The notes beneath the pieces are model-generated. The model worked only from the letters and a program-made list of their open reading frames with translations, was not told the DNA's origin and made no database searches. Of a stretch of DNA of 64,000 nucleotides, positions 28,735 to 41,704 are shown piece by piece (position 1 is the first letter of the stretch; each line of letters starts with the position of its first letter). Position numbers and translations under genes: made by a program. Source of the DNA: Lama guanicoe (lineage: Eukaryota); assembly GCA_013239625.1 (NCBI GenBank), contig MU053629.1, positions 3,065,567 through 3,129,566 of the forward strand, written 5' to 3'.

Positions 28735-29874
28735 AAAATTATAAAATCGAATTCATAGGATCTTGGCAGAATGAGAAGAGAGCATAAGTAGGATTACTGC
28801 CTGGCACACAGATGCTCAGGTAAAACAAAAACACAACACACACAGAACAACCATTTATTACATCGAATTCTTAAAAGATATGGAATGTAAGTACATTTGA
28901 TACATAAACTACCTATTTTCTTTCATCAGGTATTGTGCTGTTGTATATATTACTTGTATTACTATTTTCAATTTTTAAATTGTTGGGTAACTTTTCTTAT
29001 CCATTTAAACTGTAAGCTTTTTAAAGTCAAGAATGATGTCATATCCTCCACAATGACAAACACATGAGGACAGCTATACGAGTGGTTAATTTATTCATTC
29101 CACTTCAAGTCCTTTCCTATTGGGGAATTCTTCCAATGCTTGGAAAATTCCTCATGTCTAATCTAGGCTACTCCAACACCGTAAAAAGAACCTGCAACAT
29201 TCCCTTCAGTTTATTTGAAAACTAGAATTCTGACAGTGATCAGTGATCACAGGAGTAACTTAATCTAATTTTTTAAAAACAAGATCTAACAGATGGCTTA
29301 TTTCTCCAAGCCATTTACTAAATACGTAATCTTTATATGAAGCAATATAGTAGCTGTTCTGAAATTACTGCAATTAATTCATGAATTAATACAATAAAGA
29401 CTGAATTTAATATAACTTTTTGATATTAAACATTGGATAATAGAATTTTAAAAGTAGAAGAAAGTTAGGAGCTCTTCCAATTCATCCTATCTCCCCTAAG
29501 GCATTAATAACATGACTTATCTACTTTCAGACTTAATATATTAGAGGATGGAATTTTTATAACCCTTCTGCTGAATTAGTAGAGACATTGATATCCTCCT
29601 TATTTTTAACCAAAATATTTTAAGTTAAGCCCATCTCCTTTTGCAAAGAGAGCCGTGGAAACAAGAAGGCTAATCTTCATTCCACGTAAGCTCTTCATCT
29701 ATTATGAAGACATTATTAAAGCTACTCCTAGACTTCCTTTGGCCTTTTTCTTTTAGTTTTTCAGGGAGAATCTTATGTATATATATATATAAATAAATAA
29801 ATACATATGTATGTATACATTTATATTTTTTACATTTATGTATTCCTCTTTTATATATATATTCCTCTTTAAAA

Positions 29875-31410
29875 AAAATCTTTGTAGAAACTGACAAGCT
29901 GATCCTAAAATTCATTTGGAAATTCAAGGACGAATAAACAAAACAATGTTGAAAAATAAGAACAAAGTTGAAGACTCACACTTCCCACATAAGTAATGTA
30001 AGTAAAAACTTACTACAAAGCTACAGTAAACAAAACTGCATAGTACTAAATGGGAGAGACATACAGGTAAATGGAACAGCACTGAGGGTCCAGAAATAAA
30101 CCCAAACATCTGTGGCCAATTAATTTTTGAAAATGGGAAAAGAATATTCTCATCAGCAGATAGTGCTAGAACAGTTGGATATCCACACGCAAAAGAGTAA
30201 GGCTGGACTCTTTTCTCAACCATATACAATAATTAATTCAAAATGGACCAAGGACATAAATATAAAGGCTGAAACTATAAAACTCTTAGACAAAAACTTA
30301 AGTGTAAATCTTCATGACCTTGGATTAGTAAAAGCCTTCTTAGATACAACACTGAAATACAAGTAACAAAAGAAAAAATACATAAATCAGATTTCATCAA
30401 AATAAAAACTTTTCAGCTTCAAAGGATACTATAAAGAAAATGAAAAGACAAGGCAAAGAATGGGAGAAAGTATTTGTAGATCACGTATCCGATAAGGAAC
30501 TTGCGTGTAAAATATATCAAGAACTTGAAAGCTCAACAATAAAGTCAACCCAATTAAAAAATGGGTAAAGGATTCTAAAAAGACATTTCTCCGAAGATAT
30601 ATATGGCTAATAAGCACACAGAAAGATGCTCAACATCATTAATCATCAGGTGAGCACAAATCAAGACCTCAATAAGATATCATCTCACATCCACTGGGAC
30701 AGATACAATCAAAATGACAATACAAAATGTTGGCTAGGATGGGGAGAAACTGGAAGATTCAATTACTGCTGATGGCAACGCAAGGTAGTACAGCTACTTT
30801 GGAAGATAGACTGGCAGTTCCTCAAAAAGTTAAACAGAGTTACCATATGGCACAGCAATTCCACTCCTAAGTATATATACAAGGGAAATGAAAACATACA
30901 TCCATACAAAAACTTGTACATGAGTATTTCCACTAGCATTATTCATAATAACCAAAAAGCAGAAACAATTTACATGCCCATCATCCTATGAATGGATAAA
31001 TAGGTTGTGGTATATCTGTAAGATGCAATATCATTCAGCCACATAAAGGAATAAAGTAAAGACACACACTACAATATGGATAAACCTTGAAAATATTATG
31101 CTAAGTGAAAGAAGCCAGCCACAAGATAACCATATATAGTATGATTCCACTGGTATAAAATGTCCAGAATAGGCAAATCCACAGAGACAGAAAGTAGACT
31201 GGAGACTGCCTAGAGCTGAAGGGGTTAGGAGGAATTAGATAGCAACCAAAATGAATACGGAGTGGTTTATTTTCAAGGCACAATAAATGAAATTTATTGT
31301 GGTGATGGTTTCACAACTCATTCAATATACTAAAAACTATTGAATTCTACAATTTAAACGGATGAATGGGATAAAATGAATCATAACTCAGTAAAGCTAT
31401 TACATAAAAA
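29875..31410 (+). mobile_element. Ancient L1M-type LINE-1 3' portion
   Basis: Degenerate ORF2 C-terminal motifs (PYTIINSKWTKDINIKAETIKLL) and L1M-type 3' UTR. Confidence 0.85.
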
Positions 31411-31866
31411 AGGAGTCCCAAGTTCAATATAGTATCCTAAGTAAAGCACTAACTTACCAACATCTTTGTTTGATGCACACAGGCTTAAGCATTCAACTAT
31501 AATGATCTTTATAACTGATCCTCAAAAGTCATCCCTTTCTCAGAATTTAAAAATAATTTAAAATTTTATGATCAGGATAATACATTAATTTTGGGTACTT
31601 TTCTGTAAATGCTTTTCAAATTTTCTCCCCTACCTTTAATTTAAGAAAGAAACTCAGACAAGATGAGACTGTTGGAAACCTGCAGGACAGAGAGACACTG
31701 AAAAGATATAAGGAACACAGGAAGCGAATACACGATTCTGGATATAAACGGGTCTATTTTTCTAAAGCTGGCCTGAATCTATTAAACGAATTGAACAATT
31801 AACTTCAAAATCCACAAGGAATATTATTTGGATTAATAACAATATTTCTTTTTAAAAAATACTTAC

Positions 31867-32177
31867 CCCAGATCTGTAAGTGGAGGTTTATCTCTTCCTC
31901 TTCTATAGCAAAGGAAAATCTGTGGCCCCACAAGACTCCCATTGTTGAGATCAGCTGACAATCCAGTTGGGGTAACGTCAATACAGGTATAATCCCGTGG
32001 CACTTCCTCCCCCAGAGATTTAATAATAACTGAAACATCTGTGATAGGTTCTTTTGGTTTAGCTACTTTATGACAGGCATCATTGAAGTGAATTTCTTCT
32101 TCAAGAGGCTTTGAAACATCAGTTAATCCTGCTACAACAAAGTAGTCAGCAACACGAGGCCCCTTATCTTCAATCAT
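31867..32177 (-). CDS. DENND4A: DENND4A coding exon 1 (start ATG; exon itself begins at 32199), 311 coding nt
   Basis: [17 protein letters not shown]...[10 protein letters not shown]; acceptor ttccttttag at 32200-32201, donor GG|gtaagt at 31865-31866; phase 2. Confidence 0.97.
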
Positions 32178-33501
32178 CTTCCATTACAGAAGGTTACACC
32201 TAAAAGGAAAGTGAAAGACTAGTATTCTCCTATAATAAACCAAATAAATGTAAGTGGTTTGTGTACAAATAAGAACGAAAACTACAAAAAAGAGCACTAC
32301 CTCCCTGATAAACACACTAATATTATAAATTCATTTTCATACGTAAAAAGTATGTCTTTTTTTTAAAAAAATAGGAATATACTTAGTCTTTCTTAAATTT
32401 TAAAAGTAATGCATGAATTTCCATTTTTGGCAATACTTAGATTACCTAAGTAGACAACAAAAACACACACATCCTTTTAAATGCATAGACTGACTTGTAA
32501 AAACGTAAGTGAAATTCCCAGGGCCCAAAAACAGTAAGGAAACAGAGGCCAGAATGCAGTGTATAAGCTGATACTGGGTGGGTGAAATTTTCTGATCTTA
32601 GTAATTAAAGGGCTTGTGTTTTAAAAGGTATTTACAGGGACAGGATACAAAGCCTTGGGACCACATAAGATAGGAAATTGGAATTGAGACATCTGTATAA
32701 AGCCAAGAGCCTTGAAGGACTATATCCTGAGTTAAAGAGTGGATTTCAAAAATCCATCCACTGGTACAGGGAGATATCAAGTCTGCTTCAGTCTGGGCCC
32801 ACCTTTGGAGGCAGGGGTGGGTACATAGTCTCTTCTGAGAATGTGTAACAATAGGCCTACTCACATGTGGATTTTAGGTTTGACCTTAAGTCATCTGCAT
32901 GGTCCCAGAAAGCTCCAAACTGAGATGTTAACAATAACTGTGTTCCCAGGCTAGTGGTACTTCTGGGGAAGCAAATGCAAAAAAGTTCCAGAGGGTAAAC
33001 CCTCAACACAGGTTTTCCACAGGTAACGCCCTGCTGAAGATGACCTCCTATTCCTAAACTACAAAAAAACAGAGAAAAACTACCCTGAATGAGTTTCAGC
33101 AGATACAACAAACAGAAGAACTTCAAATAATGAAAGTAGGGCAGAGATTATAACAGTAATGCATGCTTATAACAAATTCAAAGAAAAAAATACAGAGTAG
33201 AATTCATAATGTATTTGCAAACACTTTAATGGTAAAATCTCCTTTAGTTGACTAGTATCAATTAAACCTTACTTGTTTCTTGAACTAGAAGAACACAACC
33301 CCCCCCAGCAGTATTGTCATCACTTACATAACAGTTAAAGGAAAAAGTTTAACCTAAAACAGAAATCTCCCAAATGTGTCTCATGTTAGATTTATCTCCA
33401 ATAAATGCAAAGAAAGAATTCCATGAAAAAATAAATTAGGTATATATACTACATGCCTCTTTAATATATTTATAGTATACATTAAAATATTCAAGCCCCA
33501 G

Positions 33502-33680
33502 TTAAACAAGAAGGTCCTACTGTATAGCACAGGGAACTATATTCAATATCTTGTAATAGTCTACAATGAAAAAGAACATGAAAAGGAATATATGTACGTA
33601 TAATTGAATCACTATCCTGTACACCAGAAATTAACACATTGTAAATGTCAATAAAAATAATTTTTAAAAATAATTTTTTA
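33502..33680 (+). mobile_element. Short LINE-1 3' end
   Basis: TACTGTATAGCACAGGGAACTATATTCAATATC motif; 18-bp TSD with 2 mismatches (33484-33501 / 33681-33698). Confidence 0.85.
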
Positions 33681-36600
33681 AAAATATTAAAGCCTCAGAA
33701 GTTCTTTGATAAAAGTATTAGATTAGCTTCGCTTAGCCCAGGATTTCCCAAGTCTAATTGAACAATTAACCCTATTTTCCCATTTAAAAACTAGAAAAAA
33801 CCCTCAGACCACACTTTAGAAAATGCTATTTAAAAAGAACAACCTTCCTTGTAGACTATAAAATACCTGAGGGTGAAGAAACTCTCATGTAGGATACTTG
33901 TTTATAACTGTCGCCATTTTCATCATAATCCCAAAACTTTTAATTTTCTATATTGCCAATGTTATGAGTTTTTCAAATTCATGCCACATTTCTTTGAATC
34001 TGTATCCATTGCTCAAATATACTCTATATTCTCACTATTTGCTTAGAAAACAAGCCTGAACAAGGATCAAATGGTCCTACTTGTTTTATTTAGATATATA
34101 TGACTCCTATGTGGCAATTCCCTACATATAAAGATTTCTGCACAAAATAAAGGGCTTAGGGTTTTCAGAAATGCCTCTGAGACTGACAGTAAAGAAAAGG
34201 TAATAACTTGTTCTCCTGAGAAGACCTGGTTAAATATATTGAATAGCCACTCTCAGCTGACTGCATATTACAGGTGCTCTACAAAAAAATTAAAAATAAA
34301 AATAACAGTTGACCATCTATCCATCTTTTTTAAGTAGGAGAACAAAAGCACTTTTAAAAAAAACATTTTTATATTTAACTTTGCTTCTTCATTAAATAGT
34401 CTTTGAAAATTATTTTTAATGGCTGCATAGTATTTTATTTTAATGGCTGTAATATTATTGACCTATTTCCTTATTATTGATCATTAATTACATCTACTTA
34501 CTTTGCTAGTAGTTTTTAAATGCTAAGATGAATAACCTTAAACATAAACCTCTAGTTACAGCTCTTATTATTTCTTCAGGATAAATTTATTGAAGTAGAA
34601 TTATTGGGTCAAAGTTACACATACTAACAGCTTCTGTAAGTGTTTATGTGCTTTTATGCGTGTATAAATTTTAAATTACATGCTCTTGATAGACATAAGT
34701 CTTAAAAATTACCTTGGTAGAGCACTTTCCTTTCATTATAATGAAAAGATTTAAATATTCTTTTTCCTAGATTCTAACTTCACATTATTTAAAATAAAGC
34801 ATACGGTCACTATTACATACAATGAAGTTTAACATCTTGCTATGCAGAAAGAAGGGAGACAGAATGCAAACAGTATTATGATGAAAACATATCTATATTT
34901 AATAGGTTCTTTTGAAAGCTACTACCTTAGCCATTGGAAATAAACAGCTATTATACTATTAAGCAGGTATCTAGGAAAAAACTATATGAATCTTGTTTTT
35001 GTTAGATCTTCCTGGTTCACAAATTTTAATAATTTGCTCTGATTCACAATTAAATACATTAAATAACCACTAAAAGGGAACGAGTTATTGTTCTTCATCA
35101 ACACGTAAAAGAAAAAAAAATCAATTTTAAAATAATGATAAAATCCTCTTACATTTATTGACAGAAAAGTAAACTGTATTATTACTCCAGTTCTCTTGCC
35201 TTGATGTTCTTATTGTTGTTTTCCATTTATTCATTTAGGGGTGGAAAGTGGTAAGGAAGGTAGACAAAGCATTTTAAGGCACTGCTGACAAAGTATATAA
35301 AGCCAAGAGAAGAGGTGGCAACATTCCAGGTGACTTCTAGATCTAAATGCTCTTTAATTCACTCAGGAAGAGTCTATAATACTGAAAATGTACCTCTACC
35401 TTTTATTTTAAATCGAATGTTTTTAAAGTAAGTTTGAGGTTTGGAAGCTGAGGGAAGAGACTGTTACAAATTACAAGACAAAGAAAACACTGAAAATCTT
35501 CAATATAGACATGAATAACGAACACAACTTCCTAACAATTTCAATAAACCAAGAGACTTCCATTTGCAGGGTGAAATTTACAACCCTCATGGAACACACT
35601 AAACACATATTAAGACAAAATGCTTTGTGTTGGCAAGAGCCACCAAAAATTACTTGGAAAGAGCATTTGAGGAAAACATTCATAGTCAACATACAAAACT
35701 AGGACCTTAGTGTAAGTACATCTGAGCAAAATCCCCTAAACAATTAGGAGGTAAATTTCTTTAAAATCATTTTGGAAACTGGGGGCCACACAAAACAAGC
35801 ATTTGATCCAACAGTTCTCTAATCATGGTAATATAAAACCCTAAAACAACTTTACTCAAGCTCAAGTAACAATACTACACCATTAACCAGTTATTGGTTT
35901 TTTAATTCTTTATTCAACATGATACAGACAATTTAAGAGTTAGATCACAAGGTATTTACAGGCATCTTCTTAAAATTTCAGATACCTGCTTGACTAGTAT
36001 TTCGCTTCAAATTACATCTATTTTCTTTGAGACTAGAAAACAAGAAAGATGTGCTCTCAATTCCTAAAAGGTTCATGAGAACTAAATTGAGAAATCATTA
36101 TGAGGAAGCTCTTATCCACTCAGCAACTAATGGAGACTGACCTGTTTTTCTCCCTTTCAATCTCTGCCCAGTCAATTCAGAATCTTTTTTATTTCTTCTA
36201 CCACTCCATTAGGTCAAGCAGTAAAGCATTTGCTATCTAGGCTAACTCTAAAGACACAAAAAGGCAAGAGTGGAAATCAGAAGTAACATTTTAAAGATAC
36301 ATGAAAAACAAAAAAATCTGAACATAATAGTTTTGCAAAATTATAAACCATTACTGAAATGGTAAAAGGAGCAAAGGCTTTCAGAAAGGGCATAATAGTC
36401 ATAAACTCAGGATTATACATGAAAATGCTTGGAACACAATGGACCAGTTCAACTCCCCCTCACCTCAGTTCACTTAAAGAAATAAGCTAGAATAAATTTT
36501 CTTTCTTTCTTTTAATGCAATTTCACAGTTAAAAACCTAACAGCTCATCTTTTCTCACACTATCAAAACTAAACTAGAGACCCTCATTCCCATCTTTTCT

Positions 36601-38310
36601 AAACTTCACCTCTCATTCTTCTTCTAACCAAGGTTATTTATCTACTGTTCTTCTAACACAGTTTTGTTCTTTTCCTCTTCGATGATACACTATTACTTTT
36701 TTCTAGTCAATATATGTTCATTATATTTTCCCAAACAATTTAACTTTATGTGGATTTTCATTTAAACTTTAAGAATTGTACAGAGAGAAAAAAAATTCAA
36801 CAATTCTATTCACAATAATAAATCTGGTTTATATCTAACAATGTTTCCTACTTTGAGAACAGAAAACAGCCTTCTAATCCTCATGCAGTTATAATATAAA
36901 TATTTATATTTTTATTTAATAACCATTATTCTAAACTGTTAAAATCTTCATAAATATACAAAATGATTACATAACATCCCATCAAATACACTATAATCAG
37001 TACTTCATTTCTCCTTCCCCAGCTAGTACCCAAAGTATGGTAGGTTTAAAATTTTTTAAGTGAATGAATAGTTAACTTTATAACTTTCCTCAAGTATATT
37101 TTACTAAATGTAATGTCTTTTTTCTATAATTCAGAATCAATTTTTTGAACCTTAATTACCTTAAATACTGTAGTTGTTAAATGTAGGATAAACATAGATA
37201 AACTAGCTAATTTGAATCTAACCACCAGGGCCTTGGGCAAAACTAGAAATTTACTAAGTAACTGATTCACTCATTCAATGAATTTTTCCTAAACACTTTT
37301 TAAGGTCTGACACTATTCTAAGAGCTGGTGACGATACTGATGAAAGCCAGTCTCTGTCTTCAAAGAGTTTCTTGTTTAATTTTTTCACATCTCTTTTCTA
37401 TACTTTTATTCCACTTCTAGAAATCTTTCCTCCTACCACCCTTCCAGATCCCAAGGACTTGCCTTCACTCAGCCCAAAGTTTTTCTACCAGTTTCTCCCC
37501 AAAGCCCCAAGTACAGATGTGATTCCTACTTTTTTGTTCCTTTCCCTCATCTCCATAAAAACTGGCACTCCTTCAGCATCAACATTCTATGGAGATTGTG
37601 AAAGGGGAGAAATCTTATGTGTATATCATATTTAATAGTAGGTTTACTTGCTTTTAAAAAGGTTTAACCTATCCAAGCCAAACTTGACTTTTTAAAAGTA
37701 ACTGTTAGTAGCCCAAATTGATGGACTATGTTGGGCAAATTTCTTGACCAAAGGGGGCTTATTTATCTTCTAGTCCACTTTGGAATCATCTCTTCTCTCA
37801 ATACCTATTCCCAAGCAGAAACCAACAACAAAAAATCAAAATGCAATTGTGTAATCTAACAGCTCCCTTTTGAAAGATTATCAACCCCTGATTTATATAT
37901 TTTTAAAAAGTTAAGATAGGAGTAACAGACATTTAAAGAGGAAGAGATCTTTTCATTAGTGATAGTCTAATGCCTTATTTTATAGCTAAAGGAACTTAAG
38001 CACAGAAGGTGGCTTAGTTAAGGATATCCAGCTAGTTAGTGGTTGAGCCTGGTTAAGAACTCAAATCCCTTTAACCATATCTTTACATTTGGAGATGTTG
38101 TCTCTCTAGTAAATGGTGTTGAATTAATACTGACCCCAAACATCTTTTCAATAAGTTATTTTGTGTCACTTGTTACTCATAATCATTGTTTGGTGAATAT
38201 ATGCCAAATTCTTGTTAAGAGATCTGGTAAATAAACATTTCACTGTGTTTATATAGAAAATAGCTAATAAAAACAAATAAAATCAAACAGACATAAAAAA
38301 AATTACTTAC

Positions 38311-38389
38311 ACATTACTGAAAGCCTCTCTCTGAAAATGATGCCAGGTCTCAATTTGTGAATTATGCACACCTCAGAGTTTGAGAAACA
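38311..38389 (-). other. DENND4A: Probable DENND4A non-coding exon 2 (79 nt)
   Basis: Polypyrimidine acceptor ttcttttcaatacag (AG at 38390-38391) and donor TGT|gtaagt (38309-38310); size agrees with my unverified recollection of a second 5'-UTR exon in human DENND4A. Confidence 0.65.
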
Positions 38390-41300
38390 CTGTATTGAAA
38401 AGAATAAGAATTGAGCTTAAATTAATTCCAATCAAATATTTCCCCCTAAGATGCCTGTGACAACTTAAAAGTTCTGTTAACAATGATAATTATCAAACAA
38501 AATGATTGCATATATTGTTCTCACACGGTTAAGAGTCAGTAAGTAATTTTTATACGCCAGCTCTTCTAGAATACCATTTCAGTCAAGAATAAACATTCTT
38601 AAAAATAAAAAAAGCAGATAAGGGAGAGAAAGATAGAGAGAAATAAAAGAATAAGTAGGACACAAAAGAGTAAATGTATATAGGAGCCAAGAGGAAGAGA
38701 AACATGCCTATTTCTGAGGCATTATATATAGTATCTCATTCCTAGAAGAAAAATATAAGCACAAGCACAAGAGGAAGAAACCAGAGCTTTAACCAATGTG
38801 GACTATCTACTAATGACAGGGAAGTAGCAGCAGTAGGAGACACCAGATTTACCTAATTTGGATGGTCCTTGGTTTGTGTCTGTGGAAAGTGGGAGAGAAA
38901 TGGGGAAAGGCCCAAAATCATCTGAGCCAAGATTTGATTAAAGTGTCTTAGATTGGAATGAAGGGTGAAAAGGATGAATGAGAAAAACAACAACAGTACA
39001 ATCATGTTACATTTTAGACTGCTAAAAAATGGTCCAGATATGTGTTTTAAAAATTAGTATACCACTCCACTTCAGATTCACTGAATATTTTCAGTCAGTA
39101 AATATGGAGTGGCACAAATATATACATATATATTTCAAATATTTCTAAAATCTTATTGCTGACAGGTATCAATCAAAGAGATAATGTAACTACTGACCTG
39201 CTGGAACATTTTCTAAATTCAACATCAAATAATCACAAAAATGCTCTAGTTGAAATAATCTATGTATATAAAAATACTTGTAAATTTTGAAAACTACAGC
39301 TCATATTTTATTAGTATAATATCAGATTGTTTTGATGCAATTATGAATTATGAATGTACTATATAACCAATTCCAAATAAATTTTCTGCTACATTAAGTT
39401 TCCTAATACAGTAAGAACATTGTTTTGATAATGACTCCGTGCTCCACTAAACTCAACATTTGTTTGTTACTCAAAAAACAAAGCATTTTCTTCAATGCTG
39501 AAATTTTAAAATTAATTTATAGCAGTATTCACAGTATTGAATGTTTCATCTTTGACAGAATGAACTTCAAAAACCTTTATTTTGATTTCATGAATTGTAT
39601 GAAATAAACTGACCCATTTTTAGAATTTAACTGATTTCCTATTACAGAGAAGATGAGACTGATAAAAAACTACAGAGTTTTTTACAGAGTTCTGCTACAG
39701 GAGACAACACATTATAGCTAGTGCTTCACTTACCATACGTGCAGAAAATTTACAATGAAAAATGTGTAAAATCTATTTGGTAAAGCATCTTTTGATGGAA
39801 ATGGAAAGTCATGCTACTCAAAGTGATATTCCAATGTGTTTCCTGCAGCTACACCTGTTAGATTATCTTTCAGCACTGATTCCTTTAAATTGCTATTATT
39901 TTTAATTGAATTTTTTATTTTCAAATAATTGTAGATTCACATTCAGTTAAAAAAAATAATAGAGGTCTAGTATATTTTTTTACCCAGTTTCTCCCAATGG
40001 TAACATCTTGCAAAACTATAGCACAATCACAGGCGGGATTGTACATTGATGCAATCCCCCTTATTCTGATTTCCCCATTTGCATTCATTTGTGTACGTGC
40101 ACGTATGTATGTATGCGTATTTGGTTTTATACAATTTTATTACACGCGCAGTTTCATTTATTTATCACCAAAGTCAAGATACAGAGTAGTTCCATCGCAA
40201 GGATCCTTAGCGTTGACCTTTTCTAAGTATGCCCACTTCCCTCCTGCCTCTTCCTTGCCACTGTGCCTAATCCTCATGGAGTTACAGCATATAGAGCCAA
40301 TGAAAGGAAAAGACGATGTCTCTAAAAGCAATACCCCCCTCACAAAATAGGTATGGCAACAAACCAGAGAAAAAAAGCATATATGATGTGGAAAGACTTG
40401 CTGGTCACATTTACTCAACCATCTGGAACATTTTATTTGAACATGATTATACAAACATATAAATGCACAGACATATGCATGCATACAGAAGATAGGCACA
40501 GAGAGTGATCATTTACTAAATCACAATGAAGATGAATCTCCTTAGCTCTGAGATAAATTTTCTTATCATGAATAAATTCCAGGCTGGAATCAAGTGAACA
40601 ACATAAAATAATGCTACAGAACAGCTACAATGGGGATTCCTAGATGTATAAGAAAATAAAAAGGAGTCTTTCAGTGTGTTCAGGGGCAACTCTGCCCCTC
40701 CCCAAGAAATGAGGTTTGAACTAAAGTAGCTGGTATTCCCTTGAGAATATGGATCTGGTTTGGAGAGAACAGGAACTATTTCTAGTCCTAGAAATAACTG
40801 AGGGTTAATATGCAGATACCTCTTGTCTCTCTAGACAGGCTATGAACAATTGAAAAGCAGGAACTCTGTCTTTTATTTCTTTTGATTCCTTCACATAAAT
40901 TATAGGAGTTATAAACACATGGTAGGTGTATAAATATTTCTTAAATGAATGAGGTCAGCACAGTAGGAAAAAAAAAAAAAGAAAGACACCACAGAATCTT
41001 AGGATTTTAGAGCTAGGAGGGTTCCTGGAGATTTAGCTTTATAAGTGAAGAAACTGAGGCAGAAAAGTTAAACAGCTCGTCTAAGACCAAATACATCAAT
41101 TTATGACTCAACTCTCATGGCTTTTAATTTGGAATTCTACTATACCATACCTCAATTCAAGAAAGAAAGAGAAGAAAGTAATTCCCTGAGGAACCCTGTG
41201 TGTTAATTAGTGAACATGTGCTTTGATGGACCAAAAAAGTTAATAGGTAAGTAGAAGTTAAACTGGCTGAAGAGAGTGGGGGAAATTGGTAGGTAAGAAA

Positions 41301-41517
41301 AAAAAAAATGAGTGACCAAAAATCAGAGAGAAAAGCAACACAGAAAAGAAAAGAAATTGAACAAAGAGAGATGGCAAGAAAAGGAATAAAAAGATGAGTA
41401 AAAAATTGTGCAGAAATGGGAAAAAGAAAGGTGAGAAATGGTTAAAGAGGGATGGGGAAATGGTATCTGGAAAAGTTTTAAAGCTACTGACATTCTTTTT
41501 AAATAAATAAACTATGA

Positions 41518-41704
41518 AACAACAAGTTCACACTATAGAGCACAAGATATTCAATATTTTATAGTAACTTATGGTGAAAAATATGAAAAGAAATATATGT
41601 ATGTTCATGTATGACTGAAGCACTATGCTGCACACCACATTGACACAACATTGTAAACTAACTATACTTCAATAAAAAAAATATATATATATACACAAAA
41701 AAGG
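41518..41704 (+). mobile_element. Short LINE-1 3' end
   Basis: Same 3'-UTR motifs as the other L1 tails; AAACTA(T/C)GA flanking repeat. Confidence 0.8.
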
